Assembly (NCBI GenBank): GCA_013239625.1 | Contig: MU053385.1 | Location: 32,958 to 96,957 of the forward strand | From: Lama guanicoe | Lineage: Eukaryota | DNA length: 64,000 nucleotides | Direction: 5' to 3' | Shown: positions 24,351-37,470 of the stretch, piece by piece | Layout: each line of letters opens with the position of its first letter | How positions within the stretch are numbered: the stretch's first letter is position 1 | The notes under the pieces: generated by a model | What the model was told of the DNA's origin: nothing | Databases searched by the model: none | The model's input: only the letters and a program-made list of their open reading frames with translations | Made by a program: the position numbers and the translations under genes

Positions 24351-24921
24351 GGTCAGGAAGCTCTTCTCTGCCCTGAGGTCAGGGAGGGAGGCACCTGTTT
24401 TCTTCTGGCGCTTGTGTGGCTTCAGATTCCACTTCAGAGCCCAGCCCATCCGTGCCCCGGGCACTGGGCGCCCTCTGTGCTGGGCTCAGTCCTGAGCCTC
24501 CGACTCCACCCAGAGGTCGGGGAGGTCACGGGGAATTGTGCTCGCCAGGCTTTGCAAGAGTCCAGGTCCATCTGGTGTGATGACTCAGTCAGATGCTATG
24601 TCGGTCAACTGGTGGCTTTTCTTTAAAGTATCCACTTCCTGGTGTGGGGGGGGCTGCCCCCGCTTCCTGGGGGCCCTAGGGATGTGAGGGACTGGCCTCC
24701 TCCTCTCAGAGCCTGGGCTCCGGCCTCCCCCTGGCAGAGCTGGGGCGGGAAGCCCGTGCTGGTGTATCTGAACTGCCCACTGACCAGGGGGCCTCCTCCA
24801 CTGCCCCTCAGTCAGCCCCAGCCTCTGCCCCCGGAGAGCCCTGGGGGTTTGCCTGGAAAACCTCTGGGAAGCGGAGAGAACTATTTTCTAAAACATGTGC
24901 TCATCCACGTGTATCAGGCGA

Positions 24922-25773
24922 TGTGAGACTTGTACCAGTCCTCGCGACCCCGAGAGGGACCCTGCACCCCACTGCACCCCGCCTCTGGTTGACAGAATTG
25001 CTGATGTCCCCCAGGCCCCCCTGCGCCACAAAAGAGCGGCTCCAGCAGTGAGGACAGGCTGCAGGCGCCGGGGGCGGCGACCACGCCGGCCACCTCTCGC
25101 GACCACTACCTGGGCCTGTCCCCTCATCTCCCTTTGCAACTTTCATGGCTGAGCAGAATCTCTGGAGACTTTTTTCTTGAGGGGACGCTAGGTCCACCAG
25201 ATTGCTGGCACTCTGGTTAAAAGCAACTTTCCCTTTTGTTACCAAGGCTGTTGCTCCCAGGGTCGTACCCCTGCCCTCCCTCGATTGGAAACCAGTTACT
25301 CTTATCTGTCTCCGGAGGCAGCTGCAGACAGGACACAACCTAGGGAATCCCAGACGGTGGAGGAACTAACTTCCAGTGGACCTTAAGCCTCATATACGCT
25401 CATTGTGATGTGTTAGCTGCTAAGTGACACACTCCCCTCAGCGCCATGACAGCTGACAATTGCCATGGCAACCACCAGAAAAGCCCGAACAAGGACTGAT
25501 TGACTCCATCACACCTGGAAGGAGGACGTGATGGCAGAAGCTTCCCATAAAGCCCTCGTGGCCTGACCCGGAGCTGGAGCCCTCTTGACCACCGTCTTGG
25601 CTGACGACTCCCTGCTGGAGCACTTTCCTTCCATTTTCCCTTCTGAGAAATAAAAGCAGATTTTGCTCTGTCCCTCGGCCTCAGCTGTGAATTCTTTCCA
25701 GCTGGCAACAGGTACCCACACTTTTGTGGGCCTTCTAACTTAGGGGTCTCACTAGCCACTAGCACTAGTAACT
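24922..25773 (+). mobile_element. MER41-like (MER4-group ERV1) solo LTR
   Basis: 'acactcccctcagcgccatgacagctgacaattgccatggcaac' resembles the recalled MER41 core; AATAAA near 25649; U5-like 'gaattctttcc...ggggtct...agtaac'. 5' boundary uncertain. Confidence 0.6.
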
Positions 25774-25847
25774 CTTAGACTTTTTTAAAGAAGAGAGACT
25801 CTGGGTGTGTTGATTTAACCCCAGAGGGCTGAAGAAACCCCAGGCAG

Positions 25848-27107
25848 GTGTCGACAAAATATTAATCAGTCAGTTTAAGACAGAAATGGAGAATTTTGCT
25901 CGAGCCCAATTTGAGGATTGCAGCCTGGGAAGAGCATCTCAGAAAGCTCTGAGAACTGCTCCGCTGGCTAGAGAGCAGCCCTCGGTTATCCACGCCTTTC
26001 CAAAGGGCTGCACGTCAAACGACGCGCCATTCACAGCCGGCACAATCTAAGCGCCCTCATGGTAGCCACGTGCCCCGGGTGAGGTGAAGACGGGGTGGTC
26101 CCTCCTGAGAAGTTGTCTTGGTTGGTTGTTTTTATTGAAGTAGTTGGTTTACGACATTGTGTTAGTTTCTCATGTACAGCACAGTGATTCAGTTATAATC
26201 TGTATATTCCTTTTCAGACTCGTTTCCATGTGGGTCATTACAAGGAATTGAGTACAGTTCCCTGTGCTCTACAGCAGGATCTTGTTCTTAATTTTATATA
26301 TAGTAGTGTGTATCCGTTAATCCCAAACTCCTAATTTATCCCTGCCTTCCCCATCCCCTTTGGTAACCATAAGTTTGTTTTCTATGTCTGTGAGTCTGTT
26401 TCTGGTTGGTTGGTTGGTTAGCTTGTTCGTGTTTTACAAAATAGGCACAGAGTTTCCATTACTTTCTAGCACAGGGGACGTCAGGATTTGAACCCAGGCC
26501 AGTGTGCTCCAGAACCATGTCCTTTATCGCCCCGCTACCCTAATTCCCATTTTTCTTTGTTTGGGGTGGTGATTAGGTTTATTTATTTTTATGGCAGTCC
26601 TGGGGATTGAACCCAGGACCTTGTGCGTGCTAAGCACAAGCTCTGCCACTAAGCTGTACTCTCTCCCCATTTCTGTATTGTGAAAAATTTCCTTTGTGTC
26701 ATTTTCTTATATTCCACACATAAGTGACAAGTGATATTTGTCATCCTCTGTCTGACTTACTTCACTTAGTATGATCATCTCTAGGTCCAACCATGTGGCT
26801 GCAGATGGCATTATGTCATTCTTTTTATGGCTGAGTAGTATTCCACTGTATACATACACCACAGCTCCCTTATCCAGTCCTCATCGATGGACACCTAGGT
26901 TGCTTCCAGTGAGCTGTCTCGTTGGTGCTGGGAGACTGCTGCTCCTTATGGTTGAGCAGGTGTCCCTGCTGATGGGGGAGGTCTCGTTGATGCATAAATG
27001 CAGATACACAGTGCACGTGGTGGGAGAGAGGAGCCAAGAGGGCAGAGAAGAATTTTTCATGTTTAAATTTTTCTTGTCTTGCCATAAAAATCTGAATTTT
27101 ATTTCAC
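25848..27107 (-). mobile_element. ERV1-type LTR interrupted by an antisense L1 3' end, a MIR fragment and a SINE
   Basis: LTR-like ends (tgtcgacaaaa... and ...aattttatttcaca); antisense L1 3' UTR text at about 26130-26910. Confidence 0.55.
26556..26668 (-). mobile_element. tRNA-Ala-derived SINE (camelid vic-1-like)
   Basis: 'ggggattgaacccaggaccttgtgcgtgctaagcacaagctctgccactaagct' is an antisense tRNA-Ala(AGC)-like head with an AATAAACCTAATCACC tail. Confidence 0.8.
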
Positions 27108-27244
27108 ACAGGGAGAGGAAGGCCAGGACACAAAGTGCTGGGCAGACACCCCCACCTCTGGCCCGCCGCCGCCTCACCTTGCCAACTCCAGGCCTCCGAC
27201 AGGTGGAGCCAGAGAGGGCTCCAGGGAGGGTTTCTTTTTCAAAC

Positions 27245-27420
27245 TGAAGGGGAGCAGGCCTTTCACCCCAAAATATGTCTCTTTGGCAGAAGGGTTATTT
27301 TGAGCGAAAGGCAAAGTCCAGCAGATTCGGGAAAGGTGCCTTGCCTTCCCCTAAACCGCCTAATTTACCCTGGAGAGGGGCTGGCCCAGGAAGAGAGCTA
27401 ACAGACTCACTGCAAACAGG
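27245..27420 (+). mobile_element. MER34-like LTR 5' fragment
   Basis: 'tgaagg...caccccaaaatatgtctctttggcagaagggttattttgagcgaaaggca'. Confidence 0.5.
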
Positions 27421-27976
27421 GTAGCCTCTTCGCACAGCACCCTGCTGCCTGCCTTCCTTGCACCCCGGCCCCCACCCCACCCTGGCTCAGGAAGTTACAG
27501 AGGCCAAAGTTACCTGGCTGCCCTCTGGGGCTCACACTTTTACTGGGCCCCTGTATGCACAAGATTACACATGCCGCAGAACTCGGAGAGAAGGAGGGGA
27601 AAGTTACCTGCCCCGACGCAGCAGAACTTCCCTCGATTGTGAAAGCAAAGCCTAGCTGTGGGCTCCCGCTGCCGGGAACAGGAGCCGGGAGTTACGGGGC
27701 TGTTCCTCAGAGACTGCGGCAGAGAACCTGACAACGTGTCGGATTGCTTTCCTTCCTGGAACGTGAGCTTTTTTGGACTTTAACGTAAGATCCAGTTCAA
27801 TTTCTCTGAGGCCTAGGATACTGTGGGAAAGGATTCATTCTTGTACCTAATTTCTCCTGTGACCCTGGATATTGGGAAAAGGTTTATATTCAAATCAGGG
27901 CTATCACGGCACCAGAGCCTCTTCATGCTGCCGCTGACCGAAAAGCGCAACTTCTGTTACAGACCGGAACTGTGGT

Positions 27977-28450
27977 GTGAACGAAAAATACTGCAAACCA
28001 CATCAGTAAACAAAGAATGCAGAAGCCATCAAGTCATCAACCGCTGTCCGTCCCCCCCCCCAAGTGAAGACAAGCCTGCAGCCCGGCCTCTGCAGCCACT
28101 CACTATGGTGCCCCCTGAGGGAACTCAGAATAAGAAAGGGCAGGATACTGGCCCTGGATAGCTAGGTGCTTGTCAAAGGAATGAATTCAATGAGCCCAAA
28201 TGTTTGCTTCCTCCCATGCATAGAAAAGTGCTCAATTCTTTAACTTGAGGTGCCTGGTTTTCTTTAGATAACAAGTAATCTTTTCCTGTTTCAACTACCT
28301 GGTCTTTGCTGTAAAGCTCCTATATATCCTGGCTCCTCCCCTACCTCTTCAGAGCCGTCCCTCAGAGCATCTGAGGGGCTGCCATCCCGGCTGGAGTCCT
28401 TCCACCAAATACGACACAACTCTCAACTTTTAAGCTGTGCGTTTATTTCA
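27977..28450 (+). mobile_element. Solo ERV1-type LTR
   Basis: TG...CA ends, TATA-like cctatatatcc near 28320, U5-like 'aactctcaacttttaagctgtgcg'. Confidence 0.65.
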
Positions 28451-31400
28451 GTGGTTAAGGATGATTTGGGGTGGAGAGCAGGGTGGGATGGGAAATAGGG
28501 CCCAAAATACAATGTGGAATTAATCTAATGAACAGACTGCTCCTGACCACGGCAGGGTGTGAAGAATGTTGAGGGACACAGCGGGGGGCCGGTGTCACGG
28601 GCAGTAAAAGCAGGTACAAAAGGCAAAAGGCGAGAACAGAGAGGAGTGTGTTAGGTCACGCTGCCACAGGCTAGAGGGGCCCGTGGGCCCCGAGGGCCGG
28701 GTGTTGGGGTCTTTTATCAGGTCGGATCACAAGGTAGCCTGATCGGCTTGTGCACACGTCTCTGATTGGCTGCAGGTGAGGTAAGAAGTTTAGGGTCTAT
28801 GGCTCTGATAAGGTGGAGGTGTGGGCTGAAACAAGCCAGCCGGAGCTGTTGTGAGGTTGGGCATGACCTGAGGCTGCCAGTTCGTTGGGGAAACACGCCC
28901 AGGAAAGAACGTACTTTATCTGTTGAGGGATTGCAGGCGGACGTCTGAGAGCCCATGAATGGGGGGTCGTTGGATTTTGAAGGTTGTCAGTTGGCCCCAC
29001 AAAGGAGGCAAAAGCTCCCAATCACCAGCAGCCCGGGGGACCCCCGCAGGGCTGCCGCTTCCTGGGAGGCCTGCCCACCCCCCACCATGGGCGAGGCTTC
29101 AGAGCAGGGCCGGCCTGCTGGGGGGCTTGGTACCAGGTCTAATTGGTTAAGAGAAGAAAGGCCAGGGCCTGGGGGAAGTGGCTTTTGGGGGAACTGCAGC
29201 AAAACCCTGGGAGGAAGGGCCCCACGATCATCCCTGCCGAAGATTTGGAGGGTTCTGGGGAGAACTGAAGGGCCTGAGACGTCACCCAGCACAGGTTCCG
29301 AAGATACAGACCTCTGGGTCAGAGAGAAAGGACACCCACGTCTCACAACAAACTCCCAGGCGTCGCCCCAGGGGTCTGGAGGCCCAGGTTCTGGCCCGGG
29401 AGGCCTGGGCAGTGGGTACCTGACACTTCTAACCAGCACAATCTTTGCCGCAAGGATGACATCCCACTAATGACAGGACAGGAGGCAAGCCTGCCCCTGC
29501 GCCGTCTCCCACAGCTGCTCAGCAGGAGAACGTGCTGAGAAGGACAGCCTAGAGCTCCCCTCACCACTGGCCCCGGGTCTCGGGAGTCAGGGTCCCGGGT
29601 CCCACTCCACAGGGAGATGTGTAGGCCACCCCTGCCCGCCAGCCAGCCAGCTCACCAGCTCTGGGGTTCAGGGCAAGTTCCAGGGGGATGCCTTCCCCCG
29701 GGGGGGTTGGGGGCGGTCTCCTCAAGGCTCGACCTCAGGGGAAAATGTCGGGGCTCCACTTACAGGCTGCTCTTCTGAGAGGAGCCCTGTCCCCGCAGCA
29801 CCTCAGGCTTCAACAGAGGCCATGTCCCCAGCTCGCCGCCCCTGCTTCCTCAGCAGGGTCTCAGCGCAGAGGGGAGCTTGCCCCCAAACCCAGCCTCCGC
29901 ACCCACAAACCCACCCACGTTGTGTCTCTACTTTCACGGATTCTCAGACAGGAAGCTGTGCTGACGGCAGGGCCCCTCCCTCCATCAGCCTCCCGCGGTC
30001 CCCGCCCCTGCGCGCCATGTCACTTCGGGGAAACTGAGAGGCTCGGATGCTGCAACAGCGGCCTCACCCCGGGCGCCCCGCGCCGGGTCCCCCGCGCCAA
30101 GCCCCCGCACCCCGCGCCCCTCTCCCGGGATTCTCCGCCCCTTCCTGCAGCCTGGAGCCGTCTGGGGTCACCGGCACTCGCCTCCCTCCCTGGGGACCCT
30201 CTCGACCACCACACCCTGGCCAGCCGTCCCGGGGAGCTCGAGGAAACGTGTTGCCCCCTCCCAGGACATCCCCTGAGCCGTCCAGATGACTCAGCCCCCT
30301 CGGCCGCCCACGGGATTCAGACCCTCACTACCCGCAAGGCACCTACCCCGGCTGCGCCCGCTTCTGGAGCCCCTTCGGCCACGTGTGGGCCTGCGTCGCC
30401 ACCTGGTGGCTGCCGGGACAGAACGCAGCAACAGGGGCATGAAAGGTGCCGGAGGTAGCGAGGGGGCAGGAGCCTCTGGGCCCACGCAGGTCTTCTGGTT
30501 TTAAACTGCAGCTGTTGTCCCAGCACAGATGGAGACGGACCCGCAGAGATGGCACGGGGAACGGTGACTGCAGGTCCAGGGCCAGCATCTGCCTGGCGCT
30601 GCTGGACACCCTCCCCCTCAGTGAGCTGGGGACACTCCGAGAGGAAGGCCAGGCCCTGCCCTCCTGGAGTATAAAGTACAGCATGGAAATGAGAACATAC
30701 AGACAAAGAAGCAGGCGGGATATACATCAACTATTCCTCAATTTTTTAAATTAAAACAAAATAGTAAGCAGGGTAATTTCAGTTTGGAAACAGCTAGGAA
30801 GCACATGAAGCAGTGTGAGGTATGAAGGATGATGGAGGCGGGAGGGGGCGAGGACTCTCTCAGGAAAGTTCCTAAGGACAGGCCTAGGAGAGCATCCTGC
30901 TGGAGGAGACTGCCGGGCAAAGGCCCTGGGGCACAGACGGGTGGTGTGTTCCTCCAGTGGAGGGAATTCAGAGGGAAAGTAGTCAGAGGCCAGACGAGAA
31001 TGGCAGAGTGACTCAGGAAGGCAGCAGCGGCAAAGCCTCATCGTGCTGGTCTGGTACTGGGTCAGTGCTCTGACCTCCCATGCAGCGGCCCAGGTAAAAC
31101 TACAGCCTCACAGAGGATGCCGTGAATAAACCTCTCAGCACTCCACAGGTGCTGACAGATGCCAGCAAGACTCAGGGTCACAGCACGTGGGGCCCACACG
31201 GGGCCCCAGGTCTCCGTCCTGGTCCTGGGGCGACGTCACATGCAGCATGCACAGTGGGCCGTATTACGGCTGACAGACCTGGGGCCACGGGGCAAGCAGC
31301 AAACCCACCAGTCCCTCCCCCAGGAGGAGGCAGTTAATAGTGGTCCTCCGGGGTCCCCTTGACTTGCCCAGTGGTGCCTGTGATGGCTTCAGAAGCCACT

Positions 31401-32159
31401 CCGCCTCTGACAGCTGGCCCTGCAATCTGGTCGTTCAGCACAGACACTTGGGACAGATGGGGCCACAGCCGATAGCCTCCCTCAATAGTTCTACTCTCGG
31501 CCAAACTCAAGTTGTCACAGGTCGGATATGCTGACAGGCCCTGGGCCACGCCTGCTCACTGTGCCCCACATGTGTTCAGTCCACCTGCAGAGTGAGGTGA
31601 CCCACAGAACTGACCCCTGCCATGCTCCCAGGATGCTGGCTCAGATCCTCGTGAGTCCCAGACGGGGTGCAGTTTGCATCTCAGATGACCCTTAGCTTCC
31701 CCTCTGAGGGCTTCACAGTGGCATCAACCCACACACTGCAGGGGGTGGTCCTCCCCACTAGGCAAGGTGAGCTCAGGGCGTCTGCTGTCCGTCATGACTT
31801 GCACAGGTGCTGCCCTTGGGCTGTGCCGTCTCACTAGCCTGGTAGATGGTGTTCTGACCGTTGCTCCTGGGCATGGAGACAGGCATCTGTCCCCCACCCA
31901 GGACAGCCTGGGGTCCAAAGAGAGGATGTGGTCAGGGATGGGAGTTAAGTGGCGATAATCAGAGGTGACAATGACCAGAAGGCTGCCCCGCCCCCTGTGG
32001 AGAGGCGCCTGAGGCCCACCCTCTGCACATCTGAACAGGTAATCCAGGTCGGATTTGGTTTGGGTCACCGGTACGTGGGTTTGCTTGAGACACTGGAGCA
32101 GTGTCACCAAGCACTTGCAGCCTCAGTTGCTGCACGTAGCCTAACCGAAGACCACTTGA

Positions 32160-33730
32160 TCATGAATCAAAAAATAAGTTCTGAGAGGAACTTTTAAAAA
32201 GCAATTTGAACTAAAAATGAAAACACAACTTACTGAAATTTGTGAGAAGCAACAGAAGCAGTGCTTAGAGAGAAATCTATGGTATGAATGTGTGTTCTAG
32301 GAGAAAAGGAACGACCTAAAATCAGTCATCCAAACTTCTCATCTAGGAAACTTGAGAGAGAAACCCTATATACACTGAAAGCAAACAGAGTAAAAGAAAT
32401 GATACAAACTGGGCAGAAATCAATGAAATTGAAAAGAGGAAATCATTTTTCTAAAAATCAATGAAACTGAAATCTGGTTATTTGAGGGGAAAAAGTAACC
32501 AAGACTGATAAACCTCTAGCCAGGTTAGCCAGAAATAAAAAGAGGAAACAGAGATCACTACAAAGAGAAATGAAAGAGAGGCCGTCAGGACAGGTTCCAT
32601 GGACGTTAAGGGTCATAAAGGAATACTAGGAGCAGCCCCGAGCCTGCAAACCTGGTAACTTACAAGTACAAAACAATTCCTTGAAAGACACAAACTATCA
32701 AAGCGCACAGAAGGAGACATAGACACACTAACAGGCCTGTTAAAGAAATTGAATGAATAATCAATAATCATCCAAGCAAGAACACCCCAGGCCCAGATGG
32801 TCCCACTGGTGAAGTCTACCAAACATGTAAGGAAGAAATGGCACCAACTCTCTACAACCTTTTCCAGAAAATAGAGACAGAATGCTTTCTCGCTCATTCT
32901 GAGGCCAGCATTAACCTAATAAAACCAAAATCAGACAAAGACATAGGAAGAAAGGAAAACTACAGATCAATATCTCTCTTGAATATAAATGCAAAAATTC
33001 TCAACAAAATATTAGCAAATTAAATCCAGTAATGAGTTACACATCACAGAATAATTATATACTACTAACAAGTGGGGTTTATTCTGGGAGTGCAGAGCTG
33101 TTCAACATTTTTTTAATCAATTAATGTAGTCTATCACATCTGCAGGCTAAGAAAGGAAAACAATATTATCTTATCAACTGATGCAGAAAAACATTTGACA
33201 AAACCAAACACCCATTCATAATTAAAAACGCTCAGCAAACTAGGAACAGGAGGGGACTTCCTCCACTTGATTAAGATCACCCACCAAAAACTTATTTGAC
33301 TAACGTCAGTCACACTGTATTGTGAGAAGCCAGCTGCTTTCCCCTTAAGATCAGGAGCAAGGTGCCAGGATGTCCCCTCCAATCACTCCAGTTCAACATC
33401 GTTCAAGAAATACAGGATGATGAAATCAGACAAGAAGTAAAATATACACAGACTGCAAAAGAAGACATAAAATTATCTTTGTTCACAGATGACAAGACTG
33501 TCTATGTAGGAAACCCAAAGAATTAACAAAACAAGAACAAAAGAGAAAAAACTCCTGGAATGAATAAGCGATAAAAATAAAGTTGCAGGAAACAAGCTTT
33601 AGGGGCAAAAGGCCGCTGCTTTCCCAGATGTTAGCGACGAACAGGGGAAATCTGACACTCAAAGCAGAATACCATCACATTAGCACTTCAGAAAAGTAAA
33701 CACTTGGGTACAAAACTTTAAAATATCTGT
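32160..33730 (+). mobile_element. L1 ORF2 internal fragment (RT region), degraded
   Basis: [11 protein letters not shown]...[41 protein letters not shown]-rich sense strand. Confidence 0.9.
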
Positions 33731-33739
33731 ACAGGATCC

Positions 33740-35300
33740 ACTGCCCAGTGCCCGACGGCCAAAAGCAGAGACCAACACCAGCCCCTCTTCCACCCCGGGG
33801 GTGGTGTCTTGAGGGGCGCAGGGCTTCATTCTTGCTGGAAGTGACACCTGGGCTATGGGTGTCCGTCCCTGCCACAATGCTTCTGCCAGGACTTCCAGAA
33901 TGCCACCTCCACCGTCATGGTGTTCCAGCCAGGCATTCACCTCGCAGCAAGTGAAAAGCAGTGGTGGGTCCACGCTCCCATCTCCCTGAAGCAGCTGGCC
34001 TGGTAGGAGGGTGGCCAGAGGGTGGAATGATTATGGAGCTAGCCGGGTGTCACACCATGGAGCTGGGGTCACATTCTCCAGAGGTAGTAGATGCTCTAAG
34101 TCAGCAACCCACAGGCCCCTCACAGCCGAGATCCACAGGTCCAGGTATGAAGAAGAGGAAATGGCGGTGTTCTGTCATCCCAAATGGTCCACCAGCGAGA
34201 TGTTTGCTTCCCGTGCCTGCAGCCCTGGGCTCTGCTGGTCCAGCAGTCTCAGAGTCCAATGGAGGAGTGTATCTCGGGTTGCCTGGACACTCCTGGCTTT
34301 AAAACTGAAAGTCCCACATTGTAGGAATCCCCTCTATCCTGGGCAAGCCCTAGAGTGCTTCCACTAGGGGACACATCAGACTGGAAGTTGACTGCCACCT
34401 GGCCACCTGCGTCTCCTCACACCAGGGAATCAGAGGGTCACAGAAGGAAGGGCTGAGTTTTCATTCCAGAATGGGATGAGGAGGAGATGGTCTGGAAGGC
34501 AGGAGATGCTCAGGGTGTCTCTGAGTGACCCTAGGACCCGGAGTAAATGCCACCAGAAAACTAGAACCACCCAGCACAGGCACAGACCCTTTGGGTCACT
34601 CCACCAAGAAGCCACGACCAGCTGCAGCGCTGACTGAGGACACAGGGAATGTGGGGTGAGCAGGGGAGGAGGCAGTTACAGCTACCAGCTAGGGCCACAT
34701 GGCTGTCGTGACAGCGTCACGTGACGGCCTCCTGTGTCTGTTCAGCCGCTCTTCTTTCTCCCGCTTCCCCTCCCACCCCTTCCCTCTAACACGTTAGTGA
34801 GAGTTAACCTGACATCTCAGTGTTTGTGTCATTAACGCTCACACTTTCTTCTAGAGTGTTTAAGTGTTCAACATTCTTAAAGAGAGCCTGTCATTCAGTT
34901 AGAGTCAGTGCCACCTAAAGATGTTAAAGTGACATGAAAGCTTCATCAGTCCCTTCTGGAGAGACCAGCCTGTTTTCGGCTGGGATAGTTGCACCACGTT
35001 AAGCAGAAGCCTTTGTTTTTATTTGGAAGTTGAACATGATTTAAAGTAGAAGTGTGTGCATGTGTGCTGAGGTGTCAAGGAGCCTCTGCTGGGTGGTTCT
35101 GTTGTTAAGCTGGAATCCACTTCCCAGAATCCCCTTCCCCATATGGTTCGGGTCAGAGGTGGGCGAAAGAGAAACTCATGTGACATTGGAGACAGCAGTG
35201 AATCGTGCCTGCTACTCTGAAGGGCTGTCTCGGCCAGATGCGGCACAGCTGGAACGGCCGCGTCAGGGAGATCTCAGCCATCCACACTTCACCTCACCTG
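33740..35300 (+). mobile_element. ERVL-type internal (integrase) remnant with a probable LTR fragment
   Basis: Remnants GLPECHLHRHGVP and HLPEAAGLV resemble ERVL integrase (GLTECLIHRHGIP...HHPEAAGLIERWN). Confidence 0.65.
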
Positions 35301-36539
35301 CTGGCTTCCAGCTGACAGAGGCGACTTCCTGACCCTCCCAGGCAGTGGTGTGCCCAACACTTCCCTCCTGGCACGCACCTTCTGATGCCCGCTTTCTGAA
35401 ATTTCGTTAATGTTTCAGACTGATGTGACTCCCCCGCAGTGGCCCCCTAGTGATAACAGCAGGGAGGAAGCCCTCCCCAGTCTCGTAAGCTCTTCGACAC
35501 ACTTTGTTTTCTTCACAGCGTGGGGAACTGTTACTTGTTCAAGTGGGTCTCTGCATAGAAACGCCAGGGAAGGAGGGACCTTATCTGCCTTGCTCATTAC
35601 TGTGCCCCTTAAGCCTCTGACTCAGAAGGATTCTGGGTAGCTACTGGCTGAGCCAGCATATGGTGGAGACCCAGGGGTAAGAGGGGATGCGCGTGGTGCT
35701 TTACAGAGAACTGGAACCAGTGGAGGGAGGGACAGAGGGAAGTCAGGCAGGCAGCTGCGCTAGCGGGGGGGTGGAGGAGACAGACAGGGCAGGGAGGGGT
35801 TGAGATGGTCCAGGCAAGGATGGGCCCAAGTGGGGCAAAGTCCATCATCAACCTACACTCACCTCGGGCCACCAGCTCAGCCATACCTCAGCCAGACACA
35901 GGAGAGCTGGGCTGAGCACCACCCCCGGCCCCTTCGGAACCGCCATGCCCCTCCTGCTTATGCACCTCTCCACCTTCACTCTGCCCTCAGTGAAGGCCAC
36001 CACCTTGCCCCTCTGCAGCCTCCGTCCACCTGGCAGCCAGGTTGGACCCTGGCCTTCCAAGCTAAGGTCCTTTGGTGGTTCCTCATGGCCCTCAGGGTGA
36101 AGCCACCTGCTTTTGAGACCCTCTAAGGAGCCCGTCCACCCACACACACTCCAGACGCCCATCACCACTTATCCCCCTATGTCTCTCCCTCAAACTTCCT
36201 TTTTCGTCTCTCCACTTTGAGCCCCACTCCTCCTGGTTGCACGGTTAGCAGGAGACTTGCTCCAGGTCCAAGCCCAGGCCGCAGCATCCTTCCCCTCACG
36301 TTCCCCAAGCTCCGAGTCTCCCCATCACAGTCCCTACACCCCTGTCCCCCGTGTCCCCATTGTCCCCCGACCCAGAGCATGCGCCTTCCGCGGCCTCCAT
36401 CACTAGACCCCGTGTCCCCGAGTCCCTCTGTCCCCCACACCTCCCCTGTCTCGCGCTCCCCCGTCCCCGGTCCTATGCACCACCCCGTTCCCCTTGCATC
36501 CTCTGACCCTGACCCCTGCCCCTAGTCCTCCGCTCCTCC

Positions 36540-37470
36540 CAGTACCCCGCATCCACGGGTGCCCGCGCCCGCGCGCTGCGCTGGCCGGCGCGCCCAGGTG
36601 GATGCGCGCGCGTTGCGTGGAGACGAGCGGTGGGCACACCCTAACACGCCGGCCCCGCCTCCCACACCGCGGATTGGCTCCCCCTAGGCTGGCCGGGTCC
36701 CGATTGGCTCGCGCCGCGTGGAGGCCGGGCCCGTTTCACGGTGGGTAGCACCGCAGCGTGGATGCTGCTTGGTCCCGCCGCGGCCCCCAGGAGCGTGGAG
36801 CCCAAGCGGCCGGGCGGGGCCGGGCGGGGGCAACGCTGGGAGCCGCTCCGCCGCCCACCCAGGGCCCTCGGCCAAGGGCAACCTGGGGTCGCGGCCGCAC
36901 CCTGTGGCCGCGGGCGGCGGACAAAGAGCCATGCGGGGCTGGGGGACGCAGCGCGGGGCGCGCGGGAGCGGGGGGCCGCAGCGGCGCCGCTGAGCACGGC
37001 CCGAGGCGGGGCGGGGCCGGCCGCGATGCCGTGGTTCCCGGTGAAGAAGATCCGCAAACAGATCAAGCTGCTGCTCCTGCTGGTGCTGCTCACCTGCGCC
37101 GCGTGGCTCACGTATGTGCACCTGAGCCTGGTGCGCCAGGGCCGCGCGCTGCGCCAGCGGCTGGGCTACGGGCGAGGTACGGGAGGGGGCGCGCGCCCTG
37201 GGGGCGAGGGGCAGTGAGGGCCCCGAGCAGCGCTGGGCCCAGGGCCTCCCATCGCGCCCGGGTCTCAGCATGGGCCAGATCGGCCTGGAGACCCCATCTG
37301 CCTTTCCTAGCTCGGCTCTATTGGGGCAGGGGGTGCGGCTGGGCAGCGCCCGAATGCCCAATGACGTCAGCAGTGACGTTCGCGACCCTCTTGGGGAGCG
37401 TCCCCGAACCTGGGCGGACTCCGGGATCCAGCCCGGAGCGGGTAGTGACGGGGTTAAAGGTGGGCTCCTG
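36540..37470 (+). promoter_or_regulatory. CpG-island promoter of B4GALNT4 with two inverted CCAAT boxes and GC boxes
   Basis: Dense CpG; GATTGGCT near 36672 and 36703; GGGCGGGG motifs; surrounds exon 1. Confidence 0.85.
37026..37176 (+). CDS. B4GALNT4: B4GALNT4 exon 1
   Basis: [50 protein letters not shown], donor G|GTACGG. Confidence 0.93.

Noticed and set aside
29688..30500. CpG-rich patch with a 256-aa ORF
   Set aside because: No recognisable protein, splice pattern or promoter motif cluster; contains a MIR-like 'gggaaactgagag' remnant and fits local GC enrichment.
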